Shown: positions 19,843-29,687 of the stretch, one piece after another | How the letters are laid out: every line of letters starts with the position of its first letter | Position numbering within the stretch: position 1 is the first letter of the stretch | Assembly: GCA_965219995.1 (NCBI GenBank) | Contig: CBDCOX010000002.1 | Location: 5,362,269-5,426,268, forward strand | Length of the DNA stretch: 64,000 nt | Source: Candidatus Latescibacterota bacterium | Lineage (GTDB): Bacteria > Latescibacterota > UBA2968 > GCA-2709665 | Direction of reading: 5' to 3' | Notes under the pieces: model-generated | The model's database searches: none | Told to the model about the DNA's origin: nothing | The model's input: the letters and a program-made list of their open reading frames with translations, nothing else | Position numbers and translations under genes: made by a program

Positions 19843-20217
19843 ATGGAAGGTAGCGCCCTGAACTTCCTGGGCCTCGGTTTGGGCCTGATGCTGGGGTGGG
19901 CCGCCTTCCTGTCACCTGCCGGGGTGATGTCACTGTCCCCGGCCTACCACGAAGATCGACGCCAGCAACGCTTGGCGGAGTGCATGCAAGGTGCGCGTGA
20001 ACTGAAACTCGCAGACGCGTGCCGGTGGGTGTTTGATACCAAGTACATCGAGGCCAGGCGAGCCGAGGCGGCTGAAGAGGCCAGAGAGCGGGCTGAACGA
20101 AAAGCCCGTGCGGCGACGGCTGTCTGGTCACCACTTTCGCCAGAAGAATGCGCCCGGATAGCGCGAGGTGAGGTGTTCGACCCTTTTCTCGGACTTAGGT
20201 GCGAGGACAGCCCATGA
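19843..20217 (+). CDS. hypothetical membrane-anchored protein
   Basis: GGAGG SD, N-terminal hydrophobic helix, charged helix, 4 Cys; ATGA overlap downstream. Confidence 0.55.
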   Translation: MEGSALNFLGLGLGLMLGWAAFLSPAGVMSLSPAYHEDRRQQRLAECMQGARELKLADACRWVFDTKYIEARRAEAAEEARERAERKARAATAVWSPLSPEECARIARGEVFDPFLGLRCEDSP

Positions 20218-20506
20218 CGATCCCAACCGCTAACTCCTACGGGCTCCAGATCAAGACGCACGACCGAGAAGGCGTGGCAATCACGGCTGGGACTCGTGGC
20301 CAGACGGATCGGACCACGTCATCGCCGAGATACTCTTGACCCCGCCGGACACGGCGCGACTAATCGCCGCCTTAGGCACAGCACTGACTGAGACCAAAGC
20401 CTTCGAGCGGTTCGACGTATGGCTGTCTGACGACCTAGAGCTCCTCTTTGAGGACCTGCACGAAGACAACAAGGAACGCCACGCGGCACGGAGGAAAGAC
20501 CCGTGA
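20214..20506 (+). pseudogene. hypothetical protein, frameshifted near 20285
   Basis: MTIPTANSYGLQIKTHDREGVAIT joins WDSWPDGSDHVIAEILLTPP..RKDP by adding one G; ATGA and GTGA overlaps at both ends. Confidence 0.5.
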
Positions 20507-20772
20507 GCGACAACATAACGGACATCGATGCCGCCCAGATGACCCCGAACGGCCTGACGGCCTTCATGAAGATCGTCGTCGAGACGTTCCGAGAATACCC
20601 TCTGGCGGTGGAAAACAAGTTCCGAGAGGATTTGCGAATCGCTTGTTCAGCGCAACTCGGACCGACTCAGCAGCGCTTCGATCTCGACCCGGATGATCGT
20701 CGGTTCCTGCTGGAGATTCACGCAGGGTTGGAAGCTCTCTTTGAGGCATACGCTCCTACAAATTCAAACTGA
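20503..20772 (+). CDS. hypothetical protein
   Basis: GGAGG upstream, GTGA coupling, globular composition. Confidence 0.55.
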   Translation: MSDNITDIDAAQMTPNGLTAFMKIVVETFREYPLAVENKFREDLRIACSAQLGPTQQRFDLDPDDRRFLLEIHAGLEALFEAYAPTNSN

Positions 20773-20791
20773 GACACTACCCAGAAAGCAG

Positions 20792-20968
20792 GTGACGGAT
20801 CGAAGCAAGGACAGCGAGGGGGCGGCCCACCGCATCTACGTTGGCGCGAAGGGCCATCGTTACGTCAAGGCCGAAGAACTCCTGCGGGATCCGAACGTGC
20901 AGCGCCGACTTCAAAGCGCGGACCGCCTCGCCAACAGACTCGGGTTGAAGGGGCAGCCGAACGACTGA
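20792..20968 (+). CDS. small hypothetical protein (58 aa)
   Basis: GTG start, RIYVGAKGHRYVKAEELLRDPNVQ; fits operon spacing. Confidence 0.45.
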   Translation: MTDRSKDSEGAAHRIYVGAKGHRYVKAEELLRDPNVQRRLQSADRLANRLGLKGQPND

Positions 20969-20986
20969 ACCAAGGCGCATTCAAAA

Positions 20987-21664
20987 ATGGGCCTCGGGGA
21001 CATCGTCGCGCTGGCACTGGGTGGTTACGCGTTCGTAGCCAGATTCGTGCTGACCAGGGACCGCATGGTCCGTTGGAGCGGCTACGAGATGCTGTTCGCT
21101 TGCGGGATCGCGGGCGTGTTAATCGCCGGCCTGACGCTGCCGGCCGCGAAAACCGGCGCCGTGCTCGGCTACTGGCAGACCGGCATCGGCGTTTGGACGA
21201 CGGCGGGGGTGCTGGGAATCCCGGTCAGTTTCTGTCAGCTGTGCGACTGGACATACCAGGTCTGGATCACCCACAAGTGCCTGTTCGACGCCAATCCGAC
21301 GCCGAACAACAACATAGGACGGTTGCCGCACTTCACGAGCCGCCTCGCCACGATCACCCAAGAGTACGCCTTGCAGCAGATCGCCAAGCTCCACGACCCT
21401 TGGAAGCAAGGCAACGCCACCAATCTCACGATCAACTACTTCGTCGAGCGCGGCGCTTGGGGCAGGCAGAAACCGATTGTCCAAGAGATCGCTGCAAGAC
21501 TCGCTGAGTTGCACGAGCGCATATTGCCAGCCCGGAACAAGATACTCTCTCACCACGACCTTGACACGGCGATCAGCAACACCACTCTTGGCTCTTTCTC
21601 TGTGGGCGACGACGACAGCTATTTCGCCTCGTTGCAGGAGCTAGCTAGTAGACGCGGTGCATGA
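20987..21664 (+). CDS. TM N-terminus fused to AbiU2-like HEPN domain
   Basis: ~3 hydrophobic segments, then QQIAKLHDP..NLTI..RNKILSHHD (HEPN R-x4-6-H). Confidence 0.6.
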   Translation: MGLGDIVALALGGYAFVARFVLTRDRMVRWSGYEMLFACGIAGVLIAGLTLPAAKTGAVLGYWQTGIGVWTTAGVLGIPVSFCQLCDWTYQVWITHKCLFDANPTPNNNIGRLPHFTSRLATITQEYALQQIAKLHDPWKQGNATNLTINYFVERGAWGRQKPIVQEIAARLAELHERILPARNKILSHHDLDTAISNTTLGSFSVGDDDSYFASLQELASRRGA

Positions 21665-21802
21665 TCGTTGGCTTGGTGGCCCGTACCCCTTCGACGATCT
21701 CGCAGAGGCGGATGCCCGCGAGTTCCTTCAGCTACTTGAACGCGCCCCTCCCTATCGGCATCGTACAGGATGATGGCCCCGGCCCATCCTGGTGGAGGCG
21801 GG

Positions 21803-23600
21803 TCAGTCAAATCGAGCATCGTTCAGCCTTCAGTACGCTTTCGTGCCTTTGAAGCCCTCGTGTCTCTGCGCCAAATCCCAAGCCGTTAATCCGTCGCCAC
21901 CGACCAACGCTGCGTTTGCTCTGCCATCCAGCAGAGCATCTACAACCGACGGCTCCGGAAGCCCGGCCAAGGCCCGAAGAAGTGGGGTCGCCCCTGTCTC
22001 GTCCCGCAAGTTCGGGTTCGCCCCCGCGTCGAGCAAGCGGGAAATCATGACGTCGTTGTTAGGCGCGTCCGTGTCGTTGTACGCGGGCGCAGCGGCATTG
22101 TGCAAGGGTGTCCGCCCCTGCGCGTTCCGCGAGTTGGGATCGGCACCACCGCCGATCAACGCTTCAACCATAGAGAGGTTTGCGACCCCGGAATTAGCGA
22201 CCACGTGTAGGGGCGTGTTGCCGTAGTCATCCGGCGAGTCCGAACTCGCTCCGTGCCGAATCAGCAGCGAGACCAGCTTCGTGTCAATCTCGGGTCCTGC
22301 AGCGGGAGAACAGGACGATGGCGCGGTCCCCAACGCCGCGCTGTGAAGGGGCGTCCAACCCGACCTTGATCTCACGTTCGTCGCCGCCCCACGGTCGATC
22401 AGCGCGGCTACTATCTCCACACTTCCGTAGAGTGACGCACGCCTCACCATGCCGAAGAGAGGCGTTTCGCCGTCCTCGTTCCGCGCATTGGGGTCGGCAC
22501 CAGTCTCAGTCAGCATGAGGATCTCGGCGACGGTCCCAACGTGGTGCAGCGGTGTCTCGCCATCAACGTCCCTCGCATTCGGGTCGGCCCCTCCAGCGAC
22601 CAAAGCAGCGACTACGGATGGCTGGCGCGGGTGACGACTCGCCGCGACATGGAGGGGCGTGCTTAAACCATTGGCGGACACCATCCTGCCGTCCAACGTC
22701 CTGAGGTAGTCCGTTTTTTCGCGGTCGTCATCAAGGGCCCCCACCGAATACGGAAACAGCTCGCGCGGCGTCCACGTCTCCCTGATCCGAGGATTCCGAT
22801 CCGCGCCCCCTTCCAACAGCGCTACGACCACGTCCGGGTTGGGGTTGGCGTACGCCGCCGCGTGCAATGGCGTCCAGCCTACCGTCGTCCCAACGTTCGG
22901 ATCAGCGCCGCCTTGGAGCAACGTCGCGACCACGAGCGGATTCGGGTTGGCGAACGCCGCACAGTGTAGTGCGGTTCGAGCATCCCCCACTCGCACATCA
23001 TCCGCGTTCGGATGTCGATTCCTCGACAACACACGCCGAAGGTCAACCGTCCTTGTATCCCCGATCAGCGCATTCGGATCGGCACCGAGGGCGAGTAGGC
23101 GCGAGATGATCGCCGGTTCCTCGTTGCCGAACGCCGCCAAGTGCACGGCCCTCCAGCCGCTGGATGTCTCCCCGTTTGGATCGAGCCCCTGGTCGACCAA
23201 TGCTGCTAACTCGGTTGGATCGTTCCCTATCAGAGCCGCCGTGTGCACTCCGGTCCAGCCGTAGTCCACTAGCGCTGCACCATCACCACCGTACTTGCTC
23301 GTTGACGTCCGCGCCAGCGCCCAGCAGCACCGCTACCACATCAGGATTCGTGGCCTCAAGAGCTGCCCGGAACAAGGGTGTGATTCCGTCCGTGGACCGG
23401 TCACGGACGTCTGCTCCCATCTCTAAACAATGTGAGACTTCTCTCGCGGTTACGTTTCTGAAGAACCTCTGCGTGTTCCAACCTTTGCAACTGGTTGCAT
23501 CAACGACGACCTCCGTGGGCGGCAACCAGAGTCGCCAAGAGCCTATGGCTACGCCTCCAACGACGAGCACCGAGGCGGTCAATATGGCTGCAAGTCGCAT
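21803..23600 (-). pseudogene. exported ankyrin-repeat protein with frameshift (~23295) and premature TGA (21830-21832)
   Basis: Signal/TM, WNTQRFF..CLEMGADV cap, ~10 GxTPLHxAA..GADPN repeats in ORFs 23283-23600 and 21830-23269; tail KGTKAY*RLNDARFD. Confidence 0.85.
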
Positions 23601-24324
23601 CCCGAAGTCCTCGCCTTCCCGGGCAGCCCACAGTTTGCCACGTCCGGATCGTCCACCCGAAGGACCACGAGGACCGACGACCATCCCGGACGAACCTCGG
23701 ACGAACCGCCCGGTCCTGCTTGAATGACCCTATCCTCTGCTAAACTTCCGACCTACGTTCTTGAGGTAGCGCGCAGTACGTCGAATGCCAACAGCGACCC
23801 GTCAACTGGCCGCCGACGAGTGGATCGGCTTGGTTCCGATCGGCCTATTGGGCGGCACCAAACAACCCTACACCGCTCACCGGGGTGTCGACGACACGCG
23901 GAAGGCTTACTTCGCGCTCTGTAGGTCACCCGACTTCGATCTCAGATTTCCGTCGTTGGCCCTCCATGTGCAGATAAGACCTCGCAAATGGAACGCACCC
24001 GCCGTTCATTTCGAAGGATCCGACATCATCGATCGGTCATGCCACCCTGATCGATGCGACTGCAAGGTGCTCGGCCTCCCAAGAAGAGCACCCGACGGGT
24101 CCATAGAATCCTCCCCAAACGAAGTCGCATAAGGTCGCGGTCCCACTTGGGGCTACGGGGACGGCCAAACGGTTACCGGCACCAGCGGCACAGCGTCGCC
24201 AGACGAGACATCCCCTCCGACCCTCCTACCAGCAACTGATCTAGTAAGCGCGATTGACGAGCGCGGCTGAATATTGGCAAGTCAAGTAGTTGAGGGCTAG
24301 AGGAGGCCTCGGACACGCTCTCCC

Positions 24325-25494
24325 CTACCCGCACACCTCCTCGAACACCCGCATGAAGTTCTCGCCGAGGATGCCGGCGATCTGCTCGTCGTCGTAGCCC
24401 CGGGCGACCAGGCCCCGGGTGATGTTGGGCATGTCCCGGTAGTCCCCGAAGCCGCGCAGCGTGTGGGTGGTCGAGATGTTGTCCTCCGGGCGGAAGCCGA
24501 TCTCGTCGACGATGGTCCCGAGCGTTGCCTCGATGATGTCCTCCGGCGCCTGCATGGGCCAGTCGGTGCCGATGCCGATGTGCCGCCAGCCGATCCGTTC
24601 GTTGATGTAGTCGATGTGGTCGAGCACCACGTCCACCGACGCCTCCGGGTCCGCCGAGAGGAAGAACGGCACGGCGACCAGGCCGACCAGGCCGCCCGTC
24701 TCCGCGATGGCGTCGAGTTCCCCGTCGCTCTTGCCCCGGGCGTGGCCGTAGACTCCCTGGGCGCAAGTATGGTTGGCCAGCACCGGCGTAGCCGACAGGC
24801 GGCAGGCGTCCAGGGTTGTCTGCATCCCGCAGTGGGACGTGTCCACGACGATCCCGAGTTCGTTGCACCGCTCGATCACCTGGTGCCCGTAGCGGGACAG
24901 GCCGGCGTCGGTGGGCTCGGTGCAACCCGCGCCGACATAGTCCTGCCGGTTGTAGGTGAGCATGAGCACGCGCAGGCCGTCGTCGTACGCCCGGTTCACG
25001 TCGTCGATGTCCTGGGAGAGGCCGTACACCGGCTGGCAGTAGCCGTACATGGCGACCGCGCCCTCCGCCTTGGCGGCGCGAATCTCCGCCGCGGTCGTGC
25101 ACTTTCGGAGCCAGCCGAGGCTCCAGAGCAATTCGACCATCTCCCGATACCCGCCCATCGCCTCGACGACGTGGGGCGGGCCCATGCGCACGCCGAAGAC
25201 GCCGAGGTCCACCCCACTCTGCCGCCACCAGCGGTGGATCTCGTCCGACTGCCCGGTGGCCGCCAGGCGATAGGGCGCCGCGATCGCCTGGCCGACGCCC
25301 GAGAGCCCCTCGTCGATGTCGCCGAGCGCCTGCTTGAGCTGCCGTGGATCGTAGGTCCTGAAGATGTTCGCGCCGCCGGGGTGCTGGTTCATGAGATCCG
25401 CGACCAGGCACTCCTCGTGGAGCCGCGCCGCGCGGGCTTCCTGTTCCTCGTTCAGACCGAAGTCCCAGCGTCCCGGCTCGGTTGACTGTTCCAT
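24325..25494 (-). CDS. membrane dipeptidase (M19) family protein
   Basis: LTYN, NELGIVVDTSH, ANHT, ARGKSD, DHIDY, IGIGTD, ILGENFMRV. Confidence 0.88.
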   Translation of the reverse strand: MEQSTEPGRWDFGLNEEQEARAARLHEECLVADLMNQHPGGANIFRTYDPRQLKQALGDIDEGLSGVGQAIAAPYRLAATGQSDEIHRWWRQSGVDLGVFGVRMGPPHVVEAMGGYREMVELLWSLGWLRKCTTAAEIRAAKAEGAVAMYGYCQPVYGLSQDIDDVNRAYDDGLRVLMLTYNRQDYVGAGCTEPTDAGLSRYGHQVIERCNELGIVVDTSHCGMQTTLDACRLSATPVLANHTCAQGVYGHARGKSDGELDAIAETGGLVGLVAVPFFLSADPEASVDVVLDHIDYINERIGWRHIGIGTDWPMQAPEDIIEATLGTIVDEIGFRPEDNISTTHTLRGFGDYRDMPNITRGLVARGYDDEQIAGILGENFMRVFEEVCG

Positions 25495-25517
25495 GCCTCG
25501 CGTTCCTCTTGTCCTCG

Positions 25518-26831
25518 CTAACGACGAATGATCGCACCGCCTTTCATGACGAAGTCAACCCGCTCGGTCGCGCTGATCTCTTCGACCGGGTTGCCAGGCA
25601 TGGCCACGATGTCGGCGAGCTTGCCCGGGGCGATGCTCCCGAGGTCCCCGTCGCGTTCGAGCATCTCGACCGCGACGATGGTGCCGGCGCGCAGGGCCAT
25701 CCAGTTGTCGCCGGTGGCCTCGGCAAGCAGGCGGAACTCCTCCACGGCATCGGCGATGCGGTCCGGCCCGAACACGGTGTCGCTGCCGAGCGCGATCGGA
25801 ACGCTCAACTCATGGGCGAGCCGGGTGTTCTCCTTCAGCAGGGCCAGCATCGGCGCCATGGACGCCAGCATCGCCTCGTCCAGCACGAAGCCGTCGGTCA
25901 CCATGGATCCGGGCGGCTGGCGGGCCATGTAGTCGATGATCCAGATGGTCGGGACATAGTGGATGTCCTTCCGCGCCATCTCCTCGAGGACTTCCGGGTC
26001 GGTGATGAAGGCGTGCTCGATGGAATCGACGCCCGCCGCGACCGCGAGCTTCGCCGCCCTGTGCGCCGGGTCGAGCGTCACGTGCTGGCTGACTTTCTTC
26101 CCGTGCCGCCGCGCCTCCGCCACGACGGCGTTCATGTCCTCGGCGGTCATGCTCGTGCCGAACGCGTCGATCAGCTTGATCCAGTCGGCGCCGTAGGAGA
26201 TTTCCTGGGCCACGATCCTGCGCAACTCGACGGGCCCGGTGCCCATGCGTATGAAACGCGGGTCGTCCACCGCACCTTCCGGAAACACCGCCCGCTTGCC
26301 GAGCAGCGTCGCCGAGCCCTCGCCCTGCACGCCGTGCGGCGCGACGAAGATGCGCGGGCCCTGGTGTTCCCCCCGCGCGATGGCGTCGCGCAGGTCGACG
26401 GTCTCGAAGTAGCGGTCGAAGCCCAGGGTGCGGATCGTGGTGAATCCCCGCTTCAGCATCGCCCGCGCGTTCGCGAGGGAGCGGAGGGCGCGCCAGGACG
26501 CGGAACGGCTGTACGTCACGGCATTCGAGATCACGCCGCCGTCGTGGGCCAGGTGCACGTGCGTGTCCACGAAACCCGGGGCGCAACTGCGCTCGCCGAG
26601 GTCCACGGTGCTCGCGCCCTCCGGCACGGCGAGGTCTGCGCCCACGGCCTCGATCCGGTCGCCCCGGACCAGCACGGCGGCCCCAGCGTGCACCTCGCGG
26701 TTCTCGACGTCGATCACGCGGGCGCACTTCAGCACGAGGCCCGCGTCCTCCGCGGCACCGGGCGCGGCGAGCAACGCGACGATCAACACCGGAAGGCTCA
26801 ACGCCGGAAGGCGGGCGGACGGTCTATGCAT
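25518..26831 (-). CDS. exported amidohydrolase (Xaa-Pro dipeptidase-like)
   Basis: Signal peptide; PGFVDTHVH, GADWIK, SIEH, LGSD, GKLADIVA. Confidence 0.85.
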   Translation of the reverse strand: MHRPSARLPALSLPVLIVALLAAPGAAEDAGLVLKCARVIDVENREVHAGAAVLVRGDRIEAVGADLAVPEGASTVDLGERSCAPGFVDTHVHLAHDGGVISNAVTYSRSASWRALRSLANARAMLKRGFTTIRTLGFDRYFETVDLRDAIARGEHQGPRIFVAPHGVQGEGSATLLGKRAVFPEGAVDDPRFIRMGTGPVELRRIVAQEISYGADWIKLIDAFGTSMTAEDMNAVVAEARRHGKKVSQHVTLDPAHRAAKLAVAAGVDSIEHAFITDPEVLEEMARKDIHYVPTIWIIDYMARQPPGSMVTDGFVLDEAMLASMAPMLALLKENTRLAHELSVPIALGSDTVFGPDRIADAVEEFRLLAEATGDNWMALRAGTIVAVEMLERDGDLGSIAPGKLADIVAMPGNPVEEISATERVDFVMKGGAIIRR

Positions 26832-26991
26832 CGGAATCTCCAACGCTGCCGCGGACGAGGGGATCGACGATGGTCAACCCCACGAGAACTCTCCAATATT
26901 CTGACGCCGACGCGTTGGGCGCAACGCCGGCATGGACCCACGCCCCGTCGTTCCGTAATCTCCCCGCGCCACGACTTCTCGGACGCCCGCC

Positions 26992-28272
26992 ATGAACCTC
27001 GACATCCCCGCCGACCTCCGAGACTACCTCGCCGAACTCGACGACTTCATCGAGCGCGAGATCAAGCCCCTCGAGGAGGCGGACGACAACATCCGCTTCT
27101 TCGACCACCGCCGGGAGGACGCGCGCACGGACTGGGAGCGCGGGGGCCTGCCGAACGAGGCGTGGGAAGAACTCATGGCCGAGGCGCGCCGGCGCGCGGA
27201 CGCCGCCGGGCACTACCGCTACCCCTTCCCGAAAGCCTACGGCGGCAAGGACGGGACGAACCTCGGCATGGCGATCATTCGCGAATACCTGGCCGCCAAG
27301 GGCCTCGGGCTCCACTGCGACCTGCAGACCGAGCACTCGATCGTCGGCAACAACGTGGGACTGCTGCTGATGCTGGAGTACGGCACCGAGCAGCAGAAGG
27401 CGGAGTGGATCGACGACCTCGCCGAAGGCCGCCGCGGGTTCGCGTTCGGCATCACCGAGCCCGAGCACGGCTCGGACGCGACCCACATGGACACCCATGC
27501 CGAGCGCGACGGCGACGAGTGGATCATCAACGGCGCCAAGACCTGGAACACGGGCATCCACAAGGCGAAGTACGACCTCATCATGGCGCGCACGTCGGGG
27601 AAGGCCGGCGACGGGGACGGTATCACCGCGTTCATCACGCCCACCGACGCCGAAGGTTTCAAGATCGAGGAGATGCTCTGGACCTTCAACATGCCGACGG
27701 ACCACGGCCGCATCTCGCTCCAGGATGTCCGCGTGCCGCACGACACGATCTTCGGGGGAGAGGGGCGCGGGCTGCAGGTGGTGCAGCACTTCTTCAACGA
27801 GAACCGCATCCGCCAGGCCGCGTCGAGCCTCGGCGCCGCGCAGTACTGCATCGACGAGTCCGTCGAGTACGCCAAGGTGCGCAAGCCCTTCGGCAAGCCG
27901 CTGTCGCAGAACCAGGCGATCCAGTTCCCGCTGGCCGAACTGCAGACCCAGGCGGAGATGCTGCGGGCGCTCATCCACAAGACCGCCTGGGAGATGGACA
28001 CCTACGGGGCGTTCTCCGTCTCGGACAAGGTCTCGATGTGCAACTACTACTCCAACCGCCTGTGCTGCGAGGCCGCCGACCGGGCGATGCAGGTGCACGG
28101 CGGCCTCGGATACTCGCGCCACAAACCCTTCGAGCACATCTACCGGCACCACCGGCGGTACCGGATCACGGAGGGCGCGGAAGAGATCCAGATCCGGCGC
28201 ATCGCGGGCTACATGTTCGGGTTCATGAAGCAGCGCGCGCCGAAGGGCGTTTTGGGGTTCCAGGACCCCTGA
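26992..28272 (+). CDS. acyl-CoA dehydrogenase
   Basis: FGITEPEHGSD, INGAKTW, RKPFGKPL..QAIQF, QVHGG.G, RITEGAEEI. Confidence 0.95.
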   Translation: MNLDIPADLRDYLAELDDFIEREIKPLEEADDNIRFFDHRREDARTDWERGGLPNEAWEELMAEARRRADAAGHYRYPFPKAYGGKDGTNLGMAIIREYLAAKGLGLHCDLQTEHSIVGNNVGLLLMLEYGTEQQKAEWIDDLAEGRRGFAFGITEPEHGSDATHMDTHAERDGDEWIINGAKTWNTGIHKAKYDLIMARTSGKAGDGDGITAFITPTDAEGFKIEEMLWTFNMPTDHGRISLQDVRVPHDTIFGGEGRGLQVVQHFFNENRIRQAASSLGAAQYCIDESVEYAKVRKPFGKPLSQNQAIQFPLAELQTQAEMLRALIHKTAWEMDTYGAFSVSDKVSMCNYYSNRLCCEAADRAMQVHGGLGYSRHKPFEHIYRHHRRYRITEGAEEIQIRRIAGYMFGFMKQRAPKGVLGFQDP

Positions 28273-28330
28273 ACGACCCGAGACGGTCGTCGCGCAGACG
28301 CCGACCGCGGGCGTTCATTACGCATAGGGA

Positions 28331-28352
28331 GGATACGCATAAATGCGTATCC
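28331..28352. promoter_or_regulatory. perfect palindrome, putative operator
   Basis: GGATACGCAT-AA-ATGCGTATCC; extra half-sites at 28319-28326 and 28357-28363; TAGAAT -10 at 28386. Confidence 0.6.
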
Positions 28353-28397
28353 GGATTATGCGTTTCCTGATTCCGCGTAATCCTCTAGAATCCCGAC

Positions 28398-29527
28398 ATG
28401 GCTTCCGCCGCCGAGCTTTTTCCCCTGGGCGTCGCCACGGGCCGCGCGCACTGCAATCGTCTGCGCGAGCGCGAAGAACTGTCCGACAACGTCCGCGAGG
28501 GCGTGCATACGTGGATCTGGGCGCGGCGACGCATCGGCAAGACCAGCCTGATCGAGCAGGTGGTGCGCGACCTGGCGCCGGACCTCGTAGCGGCGCGGCT
28601 CGACTTGCTCGTGATTCACGACGCCAACGCGTTCGAGGCGCGGCTCCGTGTGGCGTTGGAGCAGGCCGGGGCCCGTCTCCCTCCCGGCAAACGGGCCTCC
28701 ACCTCCAGGCTCGCAAGGGCTTTCTCCGCGTTCAAGCCCGAGTTTTCCCTAGGCGCATTCGGACTGCGCCTCAAACTGGCCGCACCCAGCCAGGCGGACG
28801 AGGGCATTGGCGAGATGCTCCTCGCGCTCGACGCTGCCGCCGGCGCTTACGGTCGACGGGTGGCCTTCGTGCTCGACGAGTTCCAGCAGCTCTCGGAGCT
28901 GCAAGGCGGTACGCCGAGGAGCCTCGAAGGCGCCGTGCGTCACGCCGTCGAGCGGGCGCGGAACGTCACCTACGTTTTCGCCGGCAGCCGCAAGCACCTG
29001 CTGGCTTCGATGTTCGAAGACGAGGAGCGGCCCCTGTACCGTCTTTGCCGGAAGATGACCCTCGAGCGTATCGGCCCCGACGACTACCGCGAGTTCCTGC
29101 TCCGGGCGGGACGGACCCGATGGCGGCGGCGAGTCCCCGACGAGGCCATCGACCGCATCCTGACCCTGACCAACCGCCATCCCCACTACGTAAACGCGCT
29201 CTGCGCACCGCTATGGCGCGCAGACGCCGCGCCCACGGCGTGGAGGCGACGTGGGCGAGGCTGGTGGCTGAAGAGGGCGGCGTCGCCGCCGGCCGCGTGG
29301 CGCGCCTGGCGCCCAGCCAGCGAGCGCTGTTGCGCGGCATCGCGGAGGCCGAACAAGGCGTGCCGCATCCCACTTCACACACCTTTCTGGGAAGGCTGCG
29401 GCTACCGGTATCGACCGGTGTGCGGGCGCGGGATGCGCTCGAGCGGGACGACCTGATCCAGCAGGAGGAAGACGGACGCTGGATGCTGGCGGACCCTGCC
29501 ATGGCAGCCTGGCTGCGGCGGGTTTGA
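28398..29527 (+). pseudogene. AAA ATPase (archaeal ATPase-like) with C-terminal winged helix, frameshifted near 29238
   Basis: ARRRIGKTS Walker A, FVLDEFQ Walker B, FAGS; second frame gives SQRALL..DLIQQEEDGRWMLADPAMAAWL. Confidence 0.8.
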
Positions 29528-29687
29528 AACCGCCGGAGTCGAGGACCGACGGCGTTGAGGCGAGACGTGCAACTTTGAGCCCGGATGTCCTCGTAGATGC
29601 GTCGCCACTGGTCGACTTTTCCGCGTGCGCAATCCCTCCTCGTCCCGTACTATCGGGCGACGCAAGCGCTGGAGGGAGCTTGACACC

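Noticed and set aside
21803-23285. TGA-to-Trp recoding suggested by in-frame TGA in the ankyrin gene
   Set aside because: TGA terminates many intact genes in the window and TGG is used for Trp
23700-24300. AT-richer stretch with short ORFs
   Set aside because: No recognisable motif, SD or RNA structure; left unannotated
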